From Dehalococcoidia bacterium (GTDB lineage Bacteria; Chloroflexota; Dehalococcoidia; CAUJGQ01): a stretch of 64,000 nt of DNA. The translations under genes were made by a program, and so were the position numbers. Within the stretch, counting starts at the first letter, position 1; every line of letters starts with the position of its first letter. The stretch lies in the NCBI GenBank assembly GCA_035310145.1, contig DATGEL010000120.1:21479-85478 (forward strand). Direction: 5' to 3'. Positions 42,251 through 51,943 of this stretch are shown piece after piece. The notes under the pieces were generated by a model. The model worked only from the letters and a program-made list of their open reading frames with translations, was not told the DNA's origin and did no database searches.

Positions 42251-43459
42251 TCACAGCGGCAGACCGAGGGCGGTGGAGACCGTGTCCATGTCCTTGTCGC
42301 CGCGGCCGGAAAGGTTCACCAGCACGATCTGCTCGCGGGCAAGCGCGGGCGCCAGCTTCGCGGCGTAGGCCAGCGCGTGCGACGATTCGAGCGCCGGAAT
42401 GATGCCCTCCGTGCGGCACAGCATCTGGAAGCCTGCCAGCGCCTCGGCGTCGGTGATCGAAACATACTCCGCCCGGCCCGTGTCCTTATAAAAGCTGTGC
42501 TCCGGGCCGACGCCGGGATAGTCCAGGCCGGCAGAGATGCTGTGTGTCTCCGTGATCTGACCGTTCGCGTCCTGCAAGAGATACGAGCGGGCGCCGTGCA
42601 GCACGCCCGGCCGGCCGGCGACCAGGGTGGCCGCATGCTTGCCCGTCTCGATGCCGCTGCCCGCGGCCTCGACGCCGACGAAGCGCACCGTGCGGTCCTC
42701 GTAGAAGGGATGGAAGAGGCCGATCGCGTTGCTGCCGCCGCCCACGCAGGCCACCGCGTAGTCGGGCAGCCGCCCTGCGGCCGCCAGGATCTGCTCGCGT
42801 GCCTCGCGGCCGATCACCGACTGCAGGTCACGCACCATCACGGGATACGGGTGCGGGCCGGCGGCGGTGCCGAGCAGGTAATACGTGGTGGCGACGTTGG
42901 TCACCCAGTCGCGCATCGCCTCGTTGATTGCGTCCTTCAGTGTGCGGCTGCCCGTCGTCACCGGGCGCACCTCGGCGCCAAGCAGTTTCATGCGCGCCAC
43001 GTTGGGCGCCTGGCGGTGAATGTCCTGCTCGCCCATGTAGACCACGCAGTCGAGGCCGAGCATGGCACAGACGGTGGCCGTGGCGACACCGTGCTGACCG
43101 GCGCCCGTCTCGGCGATCACGCGCTGCTTGCCCATGCGCTTCGCCAACAAGCCCTGCCCCAGCGCGTTGTTGATCTTGTGGGCGCCGGTGTGCGCCAGGT
43201 CCTCACGCTTCAAAAAGATCCGCGCCCCACCGAGGCGGTGAGTAAACGACTCGGCGAAGTAGAGCGGCGTCGGCCGGCCGACGTAGGTACGCAGCAGGTG
43301 CGCAAGCTCCTGGCGGAACGTCTCATCCCGCGAGAACTCGCCGTATGCCCGCTCCAGCTCAATCACGGCCGACATCAGAGTCTCGGGCACGAAGCGCCCA
43401 CCAAACTCGCCAAAGCGCCCGCGCTCGTCGGGCCGTGCGCTGTCAGGGGTTTGAACCAA
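42251..43459 (-). CDS. trpB: tryptophan synthase beta chain
   Basis: TTG start 6 nt after AAGGAG; [16 protein letters not shown].., PLP Lys in ..HTGAHKINN.. Confidence 0.9.
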   Translation of the reverse strand: MVQTPDSARPDERGRFGEFGGRFVPETLMSAVIELERAYGEFSRDETFRQELAHLLRTYVGRPTPLYFAESFTHRLGGARIFLKREDLAHTGAHKINNALGQGLLAKRMGKQRVIAETGAGQHGVATATVCAMLGLDCVVYMGEQDIHRQAPNVARMKLLGAEVRPVTTGSRTLKDAINEAMRDWVTNVATTYYLLGTAAGPHPYPVMVRDLQSVIGREAREQILAAAGRLPDYAVACVGGGSNAIGLFHPFYEDRTVRFVGVEAAGSGIETGKHAATLVAGRPGVLHGARSYLLQDANGQITETHSISAGLDYPGVGPEHSFYKDTGRAEYVSITDAEALAGFQMLCRTEGIIPALESSHALAYAAKLAPALAREQIVLVNLSGRGDKDMDTVSTALGLPL

Positions 43460-43608
43460 CGGATGCTCCTTGCCGCGGCGGATGAACGTTCGAGTGCGAG
43501 GCCGCCACGGACGAGCCCGCGGTTCCCGGCGGAGCAAGCAGCCGGCGTCCCGGTGCGGCGCCCCGCGCATCGCGCCCGTCCGCGCAACGGGCCGTACACG
43601 TACGGCCG

Positions 43609-44370
43609 CTACCGTCCCTCTGCTGCCGATCGCGCGGCGTCGGCGGCGCGGACGGCGGCGACGAACGCGCGCATCTTCTCTGGATCCTTGGCGCCGTCGC
43701 TCTCGATGCCGCTGCTCACATCGACGCCCCAGGGTCGTACGCAGGCCACCGCCTTGCCCGCGTTCTCCGGCGCCAGACCGCCCGCGAGCAGGAACGGCAG
43801 GCGAGAGCTGATTTCGATCGCGAGTGTCCAATCGAACCGCTGGCCCGTGCCGCCGATCTCGCCGGGTACGGCGGTATCGAGCAGGCAGAGCGCGGCGGTT
43901 CCGGCTTCGGCCGTGTCGAGCGCGGCCTCGGGCGTCAGCTCGGGCCGCACGTGCAGCGCCTTGATCACCGGGCGGCGAATCTCCAGCGCCTGCTCCCAGG
44001 GACCGGTGCCGGAAAGCTGGACCAGGTCGAGTGGCACCGCGGCTGCCACGGCATTGATCAGCGAGGTCGGCTGGTCTCCGAACACGCCGACCACAAGCGG
44101 GCGCCGCTCCGAGAGCGCAAGCGCCAGGGCGGCCACACTCCGCCGGAACCAGGCGCCGGCCGGCACCGCGTCGTGGACAAGCCGCGTCAACGTTCCCGCG
44201 CCGGGGCCGAGCCCTTCCAGCACCCGCCGCGCCTGCTCGACCGTGACGCGCCGGCGGCTGCGTTCAGCGAAGACGAGGCCGATGAAGTCGGCGCCGAGCG
44301 CGGCGGCGAGTTCCGACTGCTCGGCGCTGCGCAGGCCGCAGAGCTTGATGCGGGTGTGCAAGGCGGTCAT
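43609..44370 (-). CDS. trpF: phosphoribosylanthranilate isomerase
   Basis: IKLCGL.. TIM-barrel PRAI. Confidence 0.8.
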   Translation of the reverse strand: MTALHTRIKLCGLRSAEQSELAAALGADFIGLVFAERSRRRVTVEQARRVLEGLGPGAGTLTRLVHDAVPAGAWFRRSVAALALALSERRPLVVGVFGDQPTSLINAVAAAVPLDLVQLSGTGPWEQALEIRRPVIKALHVRPELTPEAALDTAEAGTAALCLLDTAVPGEIGGTGQRFDWTLAIEISSRLPFLLAGGLAPENAGKAVACVRPWGVDVSSGIESDGAKDPEKMRAFVAAVRAADAARSAAEGR

Positions 44371-45206
44371 GCAGGCATGAACTCCCGCATCTTCGCGACC
44401 ACGTCGCTCGCCGTCATCAGCGCCTCACCCACCAGCACCGCGTCCACGCCGAGGGATCGCACTCGCTGCGCCTCGGCCGCGCCGGCAAGGCCGCTCTCGC
44501 TGACCACGACCGTCCGCGCCGGAATCAGCGGGCGCAGGCGTTCTGTTACGTCAACGGACGTATGAAAGGTGCGGAGGTCGCGGTTGTTGATGCCGATCAC
44601 CGCGGCGCCGGCGGCCAGAGCCCGCTCGACCTCGCCCTCGTCGTGGACTTCGACCAGGGCGCTCAGGCCCAACTCCCGAGCCAGCGCCAGCAGTTCGATC
44701 AGGAGCTCATCCGGGAGGATAGCCACGATCAGCAGCACGGCGTCGGCGCCGTAGGCACGCGCCTCGTGCAGATGATACGGGTCGAAGAGGAAATCCTTGC
44801 GCAGCAGCGCCGGCCGGCCGCCGGGGAAGTAGCGGTCGAGCCCAATGCGAATACTCTCCAAGGATTCGAGCGTGCCCAGAAAGTGCGGCGCCTCGGTCAG
44901 CACCGAGATCGCCGCCGCGCCGCCGAGCGTGTAGGCGCGGGCGCGGCTGAGCGGGACGAGGTCGGGGTCGAGGATACCCTTGGCCGGCGACGCCTTCTTG
45001 ATCTCCGCGATCAGCCGCAGCCGTGTGCCGCGCAGGGCGGCGGGGAAGTCCAGCGTCTCCGCGAAGCGCTGCGCCTTGTCCGCGAGCCGAGCGAGCGGCT
45101 CCTCGCGACGTCGGCGGGGCAGCTCCTCACGCTTGGCCGCGACGATCTTGTCGAGGATCGTGCCGGTGACGAGGGTGGAATCCGTGGTCACGACGGTTCG
45201 CCTCAC
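44367..45206 (-). CDS. trpC: indole-3-glycerol phosphate synthase
   Basis: ..LIAEIKKASPAKG..; ATGA overlaps with trpD and trpF. Confidence 0.85.
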   Translation of the reverse strand: MRRTVVTTDSTLVTGTILDKIVAAKREELPRRRREEPLARLADKAQRFAETLDFPAALRGTRLRLIAEIKKASPAKGILDPDLVPLSRARAYTLGGAAAISVLTEAPHFLGTLESLESIRIGLDRYFPGGRPALLRKDFLFDPYHLHEARAYGADAVLLIVAILPDELLIELLALARELGLSALVEVHDEGEVERALAAGAAVIGINNRDLRTFHTSVDVTERLRPLIPARTVVVSESGLAGAAEAQRVRSLGVDAVLVGEALMTASDVVAKMREFMPA

Positions 45207-46231
45207 TCCGTTCCCGGTGCGTGCCGCTGCGAGGCCTCGACGAATCGCTCGGCGGTGCGCCCTGCTTCTCCAGTGTCGATCAGCCTGGCAGCTACGGTCA
45301 CGCCCTCGGCGATGTTCGCCGCCGCGCCGCCGACGATCAGCGCCGCGGCCGCGTTGAGCAGCACGAAATCGCGGATCGGCCCCGGCCGGCCCTCGAAGAC
45401 GGCATGCATCGTTTTCGCGTTGTCGACCGGGGCGCCGCCGTGCACCGCGGCGCGCGGCGCCGGCTCAAGCCCCGCGTCGTTCGGCGTGACGCGGTAGGTC
45501 GCCAGCGTTTCGCCCTTCAGCTCGCAGACCAGCGTAGGGCCGGCCAGCGTCAGCTCATCGATGCCGTCTTCGCCGTGCACGACCAGCGCGTGACGGCAGC
45601 CGAGCCGGCCGAGCACGGCGGCCATCGTCTCCACCAGCTCGGGCCGCGGCACGCCGAGTACCTGCGCCTGCGCCCCGGCCGGGTTGGAGAGCGGGCCGAG
45701 AATGTTGAAGACTGTGCGCACGCCGAGGTCGCGGCGGGTGGGCGCGGCGTGCTTCATTGCCGGGTGAAACGCCTGCGCGAACATGAAGCCGAAGTTGCTC
45801 TCGTCGATGCAGGCGGTCACGCCCTCGGGCGCCAGCTCGATGCGCGCCCCCAGCGCCTCGAGCACGTCGGCGCTGCCGCAGCCGCTGCTCATCGCGCGGT
45901 TGCCGTGCTTGGCCACGCGCACGCCGCCGGCCGCGGCCACGAGCGCCGCTGCCGTCGAGACGTTGAACGAACCGGACCCGTCGCCGCCGGTGCCGCAGGT
46001 GTCGATCAACGGACCGGGATGCTGCACGCGCAGCGCCCGTTCGCGCATGATCCGCGCCATGCCGGCGATCTCGTCCACGGTTTCGCCCCGCAGGCGCAGC
46101 GCCGCCAGCAGGGCGCCCAGTTGTGCGGGTGTGGCTTCGCCGGCCATGACCTCGGACATGACCGCGGCGGCCTCGTCCTCGCTCAGGTGGCGGTCATGAT
46201 TAATCAGCGCATCCAGCGCCTCGCGGATCAT
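45203..46231 (-). CDS. trpD: anthranilate phosphoribosyltransferase
   Basis: ..IDTCGTGGDG..KHGNRA.. motifs. Confidence 0.9.
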   Translation of the reverse strand: MIREALDALINHDRHLSEDEAAAVMSEVMAGEATPAQLGALLAALRLRGETVDEIAGMARIMRERALRVQHPGPLIDTCGTGGDGSGSFNVSTAAALVAAAGGVRVAKHGNRAMSSGCGSADVLEALGARIELAPEGVTACIDESNFGFMFAQAFHPAMKHAAPTRRDLGVRTVFNILGPLSNPAGAQAQVLGVPRPELVETMAAVLGRLGCRHALVVHGEDGIDELTLAGPTLVCELKGETLATYRVTPNDAGLEPAPRAAVHGGAPVDNAKTMHAVFEGRPGPIRDFVLLNAAAALIVGGAAANIAEGVTVAARLIDTGEAGRTAERFVEASQRHAPGTE

Positions 46232-46307
46232 CGCATAGATTCCTCTCTGAATGGGTGCGGCCTACCGGGTCGCGGCGTGCGCCGCGCCGGGCGGGCGCCA
46301 CGCGCCC

Positions 46308-46892
46308 CTAGGCGACCACTGCCGCTTCATCCATCGCCAGGAAGTTCCTCAGCAAGTCCTTGCCGTTCGGCGTCATGATCGATTCCGGGTGAAACTGGAT
46401 GCCCTCGACGGCAAAGCGCCTGTGGCGCACACCCATGATCACGCCGCTCTCGCTGCGGGCGCTGACCTCCAGTTCGTCGGGCACGCTGTGAGGGCTTACG
46501 GCGAGCGAGTGGTAGCGGATCGCCTCCATCGGGTCGGGCAGGCCGGCGAAGACGCCGCGGCCGTCGTGGGAGATGCGCGACAGCTTGCCATGCTTGATCT
46601 CGCCCGCGCCCTCGACCACGCCGCCGAATGCCTCGCCGATGCACTGATGCCCAAGGCAAACGCCGAGCAAGGGCACACGGCCGGCGAAGCGCTTGATCAG
46701 GGCAACGCTGATCCCCGCCTCCTTCGGCGTACACGGACCGGGCGAGATCACGATCCGCACCGGCGCCAGCGCCTCGATCTCGTCAAGCGTCGCCGCGTCG
46801 TTGCGCACGACGTGCACCTCCGCACCCAGCTCGCACAGATACTGGTAGAGGTTGTAGGTGAAGCTGTCGTAGTTGTCGATCAAGAGCAGCAT
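46308..46892 (-). CDS. trpG: anthranilate synthase component II (class I glutamine amidotransferase)
   Basis: [22 protein letters not shown] catalytic triad region. Confidence 0.85.
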   Translation of the reverse strand: MLLLIDNYDSFTYNLYQYLCELGAEVHVVRNDAATLDEIEALAPVRIVISPGPCTPKEAGISVALIKRFAGRVPLLGVCLGHQCIGEAFGGVVEGAGEIKHGKLSRISHDGRGVFAGLPDPMEAIRYHSLAVSPHSVPDELEVSARSESGVIMGVRHRRFAVEGIQFHPESIMTPNGKDLLRNFLAMDEAAVVA

Positions 46893-46912
46893 CGCCGCGT
46901 CCTTGTCCGGCT

Positions 46913-47875
46913 TCAGTTCACGCGCGCGTCTTCCAGCTCGGCCACGATCAGCGCCGCCGTCTGTTCGGGCGTCAGCCCCGTGCTGTCAAGCTTCATGCCG
47001 CGCAGCTCGCCGTTGAGCCGCATGATGGCGTCGAGCTCGGCGCTGCGCTCGCCCATGCGCTGGTCCTCGGGCCGTGCCTGATCGCGCCGCAGCAATTCGT
47101 CCAGCCGCGGCGCCAGCGTCACAAAATAGGTCTCGATCGGGCCGAGCGCCTCCAGCAGTGTGTCCAGCTCCTCGGGCGACTCCAAGACGCCTTCGATCAC
47201 GCAGTCGACGCCCTCGGCCGTAAGGTTTCGGGCCAGCGCCGCCGCGTTGCGCAGGCCAAGGAGAATCTGGCGGCGGGCGGCCCCCGGATCGGAGCCATCC
47301 CAGTCCGGCGGCACGCCGCCGCGCACGAAGATGTCCCAGCCGAGGTAGTCGAGCGCGACCAACGCGCTGCGCTCGCTCTGTTCCGCGACCAGCCGTCCGA
47401 CCGTGCTCTTGCCGGCGCCCGCCGCGCCCGTGATGACAATCACCTTGCCCGCTCGCCCTTCCGGCGGCTCGTCGGCACGCGGCCCCGACGCGATGCCCAG
47501 TGCAGCATGCAGCGCCTCGCTCAGGTCAGCCGGCAGCGCAAGCTCTGTTATGGATGGCAGAGGCACCCACACCGGCACGCCGCTGCCGGGCGATCGGTGG
47601 GGCGCACCCTCCCACCGCGTCACAAGCTGAAGATTGTTCAGCCGCACGCCGCCGTCGGCAGCGCGCTCGTAGAACGTGTCGATGAAGCTCTGCTCCGACA
47701 CGGTGATGCCCAGGGTTTCGGCGAGGAACTCGGCCAGCGCCTCTTCGATCTCGATCGCCTCGCGCAGCGGGACACGGGGCAGCGCCAGACCGACGCCCGC
47801 TTCAGCGCCCTCCTTCTGCAGGAAGAGCAGCGAGGCGCCGTCGCTGATCGCCGCCGTGATCTCGATCTCCGGCAT
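46913..47875 (-). CDS. two-domain protein: N-terminal domain of unknown function plus C-terminal P-loop NTPase/kinase-like domain, embedded in trp operon
   Basis: 320 aa; Walker [18 protein letters not shown], Walker-B-like VDCVIEGV; start overlaps trpE stop (TGATG), ends 20 nt before trpG. Confidence 0.6.
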   Translation of the reverse strand: MPEIEITAAISDGASLLFLQKEGAEAGVGLALPRVPLREAIEIEEALAEFLAETLGITVSEQSFIDTFYERAADGGVRLNNLQLVTRWEGAPHRSPGSGVPVWVPLPSITELALPADLSEALHAALGIASGPRADEPPEGRAGKVIVITGAAGAGKSTVGRLVAEQSERSALVALDYLGWDIFVRGGVPPDWDGSDPGAARRQILLGLRNAAALARNLTAEGVDCVIEGVLESPEELDTLLEALGPIETYFVTLAPRLDELLRRDQARPEDQRMGERSAELDAIMRLNGELRGMKLDSTGLTPEQTAALIVAELEDARVN

Positions 47876-49350
47876 CAGTAGCCCAGGCTCCCGCTGGGCA
47901 GCGCCTCAAGCTGCTGCTCGGCCAGGTCGATGGCGCGGATCAGGGCGCGGGCCTTGCTCAGGCACTCCTGGTGCTCGGCCGTCGGGTCGCTGTCGAAGAC
48001 GATGCCCGCGCCAGCCTGCGTGTAGGCCACGCCGTCCTTCATCACCAGCGTGCGGATCGTGATGCAGGTATCCAAATTGCCGTTGAAGCTGAAGCAGCCG
48101 ACGGCGCCGGCGTAGGGTCCGCGCCGGTCCGGCTCCAGCTCCGCGATGATCTCCATCGCGCGGATCTTCGGCGCACCCGAGACGGTCCCGGCGGGGAAGC
48201 AGGCGCGCAGTGCGTCGTAGGGCGTCAGGTCGTCGCGCAGCTGGCCGGTGACGTGCGAGACCAGGTGCATGACGTGCGAGTAACGCTCGATCTCGAACAT
48301 CTGCGTGACGCGCACGCTGCCCGGCCGCGCCACGCGGCCGACGTCGTTGCGGCCCAGGTCGAGCAGCATCGTGTGCTCGGCCAGCTCCTTTTCATCGTGG
48401 CGCAGCTCTTGCTCCAGCCGCTGGTCCTCCTCGAGATCGTGGCCGCGCGGGCGCGTGCCGGCGATCGGGTGCGTCTCCACCAGCCCATCTTCGACGCGCA
48501 CCAGCATCTCCGGCGAGGCGCCGACGATCTCAAAGTCGCCCAACTCCAGGTAGTACATATAGGGCGAGGGGTTGACCTGGCGCAGGGCGCGGTAGACCTC
48601 GAAGGCGGGCGCCGGTGTGCTGCGCGCCAGCCGCTGCGAGAGCACGCCCTGGATCACGTCGCCGGCGACGACATACTCCTTCGTCGCCAGCACGCTCGCT
48701 TCAAAACCCTCGCGGCCGACGTTGGACTCGACGCGGCCGTTCAGGTGCAACTCGCCTTGAAGGCGCGGTGTGTAACGCAGCGGCTGCTGCAGCCGCTCCA
48801 CGATCTGGTCGATCTTGAACTGCGCCAGGCGGTAGGCGGCGTCGATGTCGCCGTCCAGCCGCACGTGGCTGACGACCTTGATGCGATGCCGCAGGTGGTC
48901 GAAAACGAGGATCGTGTCCACGAACAGCAGCATCGCTTCGGGCAGGCCGAGTTCGTCTGCCTCGGGCACGGGCAGACGTTCAAAGTAGCGGGCCGCCTCG
49001 TATGAGAGATAGCCGACGGCGCCGCCGTCGAACGGCGGCAGATCGCCGACGGCCACGACCTTGAAGCGCGACAGCTCCTCTTCGAGCAGGCGCAGCGGGT
49101 CGATCTCGCAGCCTTCGCCCGGCCCCGTGCGCACGATGCGGTACGGCTCCGTGCCGATGAACGAGTACCGCGAGAGCCGCTCGCCGCCCTCGACGCTTTC
49201 GAGCAAGAAGGAGTGCCGCCCGCGCCGCACCTTGAGGAAGGCGGACACCGGCGTATCGAGGTCGGCCGTCACCTCACGGTAGATCGGCACCAGGTTGCCC
49301 GCGCCCGTGGCGGCCAGCTCGCGCACATCGGCAAGAGAAGGAAAATACAC
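47875..49350 (-). CDS. trpE: anthranilate synthase component I
   Basis: GTG start; ..NLVPIYREV.., chorismate-binding C-terminal domain. Confidence 0.9.
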   Translation of the reverse strand: MYFPSLADVRELAATGAGNLVPIYREVTADLDTPVSAFLKVRRGRHSFLLESVEGGERLSRYSFIGTEPYRIVRTGPGEGCEIDPLRLLEEELSRFKVVAVGDLPPFDGGAVGYLSYEAARYFERLPVPEADELGLPEAMLLFVDTILVFDHLRHRIKVVSHVRLDGDIDAAYRLAQFKIDQIVERLQQPLRYTPRLQGELHLNGRVESNVGREGFEASVLATKEYVVAGDVIQGVLSQRLARSTPAPAFEVYRALRQVNPSPYMYYLELGDFEIVGASPEMLVRVEDGLVETHPIAGTRPRGHDLEEDQRLEQELRHDEKELAEHTMLLDLGRNDVGRVARPGSVRVTQMFEIERYSHVMHLVSHVTGQLRDDLTPYDALRACFPAGTVSGAPKIRAMEIIAELEPDRRGPYAGAVGCFSFNGNLDTCITIRTLVMKDGVAYTQAGAGIVFDSDPTAEHQECLSKARALIRAIDLAEQQLEALPSGSLGY

Positions 49351-49621
49351 GGCAGGACTGCTTTCTGAACAGGTCGGCCCTCACCCTCCCCCGAGGCTTG
49401 CTCCTGCCTCTCCCAATCCTGGGAGAGGGAGGGGAGCTTGGGATCGGGTGGAAGGGAGGAAGACGCCGGGTGTGGCGGCCACTTGTGGGCGAACGGCGGG
49501 CGCCCCTGCAAATCTCCGAAGTAGCCTCGCCTTCAGCCCCGATCGCCCCGTGTCTCGATCTCCCCTTCCCCTGGGATCGGGGCCAGAGGGATGAACCTGG
49601 GGATGGGGGCCACAGGTGACC

Positions 49622-50986
49622 TCAAACCACCGGCACGCCCTTCATCGATTCGGCCACCAGCTCCGCGGGATAGGCGTAGTCCTCCAGCTCGCCGGCGAAG
49701 TAGCGGTCGTAGGCCGACATGTCGAAGTGGCCGTGGCCGCTGAGGTTAAAGAGGATCGCCTTCTCCTCGCCGGTCTCTTTGCAGCGCAGCGCCTCGTCGA
49801 TCGCGGCGCGGATCGCGTGGGAGGTTTCCGGCGCGGCAATGATGCCCTGCGTGCGCGCGAACTGCACCGCCGCGGCGAAGGCGGCCGTCTGGTGCACGGC
49901 GCGGCCCTCGATCGCGCCGTCGTGGTAAAGCTGGCTGATCAACGGCGCCATCGCGTGGTAGCGCAGGCCGCCCGCGTGGATTCCCGGCGGCATGAACGAG
50001 CTGCCCAGCGTGTACATCTTCAGCAGCGGCGTGGTCTTCGCCGTGTCGCCGAAATCGTAGGCGTAGTGGCCGCGGGTCAGGCTGGGGCACGATTCCGGCT
50101 CGACCGCGATGAAGCGCGTCTCCTTCTTGCCCGCCAGCTTGTCGCGCATGAAGGGGAAGGCGAGGCCGGCGTAGTTCGAGCCGCCGCCCACGCAGCCGAT
50201 CACGATGTCCGGATAGTCACCGGCCAGCGCCAGTTGCTTCAGCGCCTCTTCGCCGATCACGGTCTGATGCAGCAGCACGTGGTTGAGCACGCTGCCCAGC
50301 GAGTACTTGGTGTCCTCGCGCGTGGCCGCGTCCTCGACCGCCTCGCTGATCGCGATGCCGAGGCTGCCGGGCGAGTCCGGATCGGCTTCAAGGATCGCGT
50401 TGCCGGCGTGGGTGTCGTGGCTGGGGCTGGCGACCACGTCCGCGCCCCAGACCTGCATCATCGAGCGACGGTACGGCTTCTGGTGATACGAGACCTTGAC
50501 CATGTAGACCTTGAGCTCCAGGCCGAACATGTTGCAGGCCATGGCGAGGGCACTGCCCCACTGGCCGGCGCCGGTCTCCGTGGTCAGGCGCGGGACGCCT
50601 GCCTGCTTGTTGTACCAGGCCTGCGCCACCGCGGTGTTCGACTTGTGCGAGCCGGCCGGGCTCACGCCCTCGTACTTGAAGTAGATGCGCGCCGGCGTGC
50701 CCAGCGCCTGCTCCAGCCGCGTGGCGCGCACCAGCGGCGAGGGGCGCCACAGCTTGTAGACCTCGCGGATGTCGTCAGGGATATCGATGTAGCGTTCGCC
50801 GCTGACCTCCTGCTTGATCAGCTCCATCGGGAAGAGCGGCGCCAGCGCCTCCGGCCCGACCGGCTCGTGCGTGCCGGGATGCAGCGGCGGCGCGGGCGGG
50901 TTGGGCAGGTCGGGGATGATGTTGTACCAGCGCTGCGGGATCTCGCTCTCCGGCAACAGGATCTTCGTCTCCGCCATCGTTTGCAC
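49622..50986 (-). CDS. trpB2: TrpB2-type tryptophan synthase beta-like protein
   Basis: ~454 aa; [25 protein letters not shown].. TrpB2 N-terminus; PLP Lys in ..GSHKSNTAV..; GTG 50986 after GGAGG (alternative ATG 50977). Confidence 0.85.
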   Translation of the reverse strand: MQTMAETKILLPESEIPQRWYNIIPDLPNPPAPPLHPGTHEPVGPEALAPLFPMELIKQEVSGERYIDIPDDIREVYKLWRPSPLVRATRLEQALGTPARIYFKYEGVSPAGSHKSNTAVAQAWYNKQAGVPRLTTETGAGQWGSALAMACNMFGLELKVYMVKVSYHQKPYRRSMMQVWGADVVASPSHDTHAGNAILEADPDSPGSLGIAISEAVEDAATREDTKYSLGSVLNHVLLHQTVIGEEALKQLALAGDYPDIVIGCVGGGSNYAGLAFPFMRDKLAGKKETRFIAVEPESCPSLTRGHYAYDFGDTAKTTPLLKMYTLGSSFMPPGIHAGGLRYHAMAPLISQLYHDGAIEGRAVHQTAAFAAAVQFARTQGIIAAPETSHAIRAAIDEALRCKETGEEKAILFNLSGHGHFDMSAYDRYFAGELEDYAYPAELVAESMKGVPVV

Positions 50987-51060
50987 CGGCCGCCTCCTTC
51001 GCCTGCGCTCGCAGGCCCGATCCAGCCGCACGGGCCAACCGCCCGGCCCGTCGCGGCGCA

Positions 51061-51364
51061 TCAAAAAACCCCTCCGCCCCGGCGCTGTATTGCGCCTCGC
51101 AGGGGCGAGGGGATCTCGCGGTGCCACCCTGATTACCGCGTGGAACACGCGGCATCTCTTTGCGGGTACGTCCGCCCGGCAGCGGAGTTACCCTGGGCTC
51201 TGATAACGGCGCCCACCCCGGCGACGCCTACTCCCGCGCGAAGGCGGCTGCCCTCCGCGCCGTTTCGGGCCGCGGCTCACGGGTCCATTCGCGTGGCCTC
51301 ACCCCCCGGCCCCCTCTCCAGGTCTTTCCATCGCGCGGAGCGCGATCTCAGATGGAGAGGGGGG
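51061..51364 (-). promoter_or_regulatory. T-box riboswitch leader (tryptophan; UGG specifier, UGGC discriminator reader) controlling trpB2 and probably the downstream trp/aro operon
   Basis: Minus-strand T-box sequence AAUCAGGGUGGCACCGCGAG (51134-51115, 17/18 to consensus). Antiterminator: A1 CAGGG/CCCUG, 7-nt bulge UGGCACC, A2 GCGAG/CUCGC, loop AUCCC. Competing terminator CCCCUCGCCCC..GGGGCGGAGGGG plus UUUUUU (51068-51063). Stem I 10-bp helix with unpaired ..GAUGGAAAGACC (UGG then A). Confidence 0.7.
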
Positions 51365-51506
51365 ATTGTGCAGGGGTTGTGGGGCCGCACCCGCCTTACG
51401 GCGGGACCGCTGCGCTGGCGCCGGCTCACACCTTCCCCGGCTCTCTGGGCCGCGCTGGCGGCGTACTCTTCCCGATCGTTGCCGTGCCTATGCAGTTGTG
51501 CCGTTG

Positions 51507-51535
51507 ACCGTAGCAGCGGCTTGCGGAAATGTCAA
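51507..51535 (-). promoter_or_regulatory. sigma70-like promoter for the T-box/trpB2 transcript (TTGACA-17-TACGGT)
   Basis: Perfect -35 hexamer with 17-nt spacer to TAcggT, ~100 nt upstream of Stem I. Confidence 0.4.
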
Positions 51536-51571
51536 CCGGCGCAGGGACGCAGCGCAGGCCGCGACGAGACG

Positions 51572-51943
51572 CTACAGGGCGGCCCCGGGCGCGAGCTGCG
51601 CCACCATATTGAGCAGTTCGCTCAGCGTGAACGGCTTTCTGAGCACGCCGTCGGCATCGAGCTGCCGGGCCTTCTGCCGGGCGCTGTTGTCGGCCGTAAG
51701 CACGGCCAGCGCGATCGCGGGCCGCAACCCACGGCGCCGCACTTCCTCGGCGAAGGCGTAGCCGTCCATCCGCGGCATGTTGAGGTCGAGCAAGATCAGT
51801 GCCGGTTGCTCGACCTCCAGCACGGCCAGGGCGTCGAGACCGTCGCTGGCCAGCGCGACGGAGTAGCCCTCATCCTCCAGAATCGCCTGCACCATCGCCT
51901 GCAGGCCCACATCGTCGTCCACCACGAGAATGGTTCCGCTCAT
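51572..51943 (-). CDS. single-domain response regulator (CheY-like receiver)
   Basis: ILVVDDD..D..LILLDLNMP..K receiver residues; start overlaps the upstream kinase stop. Confidence 0.8.
   Translation of the reverse strand: MSGTILVVDDDVGLQAMVQAILEDEGYSVALASDGLDALAVLEVEQPALILLDLNMPRMDGYAFAEEVRRRGLRPAIALAVLTADNSARQKARQLDADGVLRKPFTLSELLNMVAQLAPGAAL

Noticed and set aside
49351-49621. Second T-box or Trp-codon leader peptide in front of trpE
   Set aside because: No GGGUGG/ACCGCG core and no tandem UGG codons in any short minus-strand ORF; the region is reported instead as a structured spacer of unknown function.
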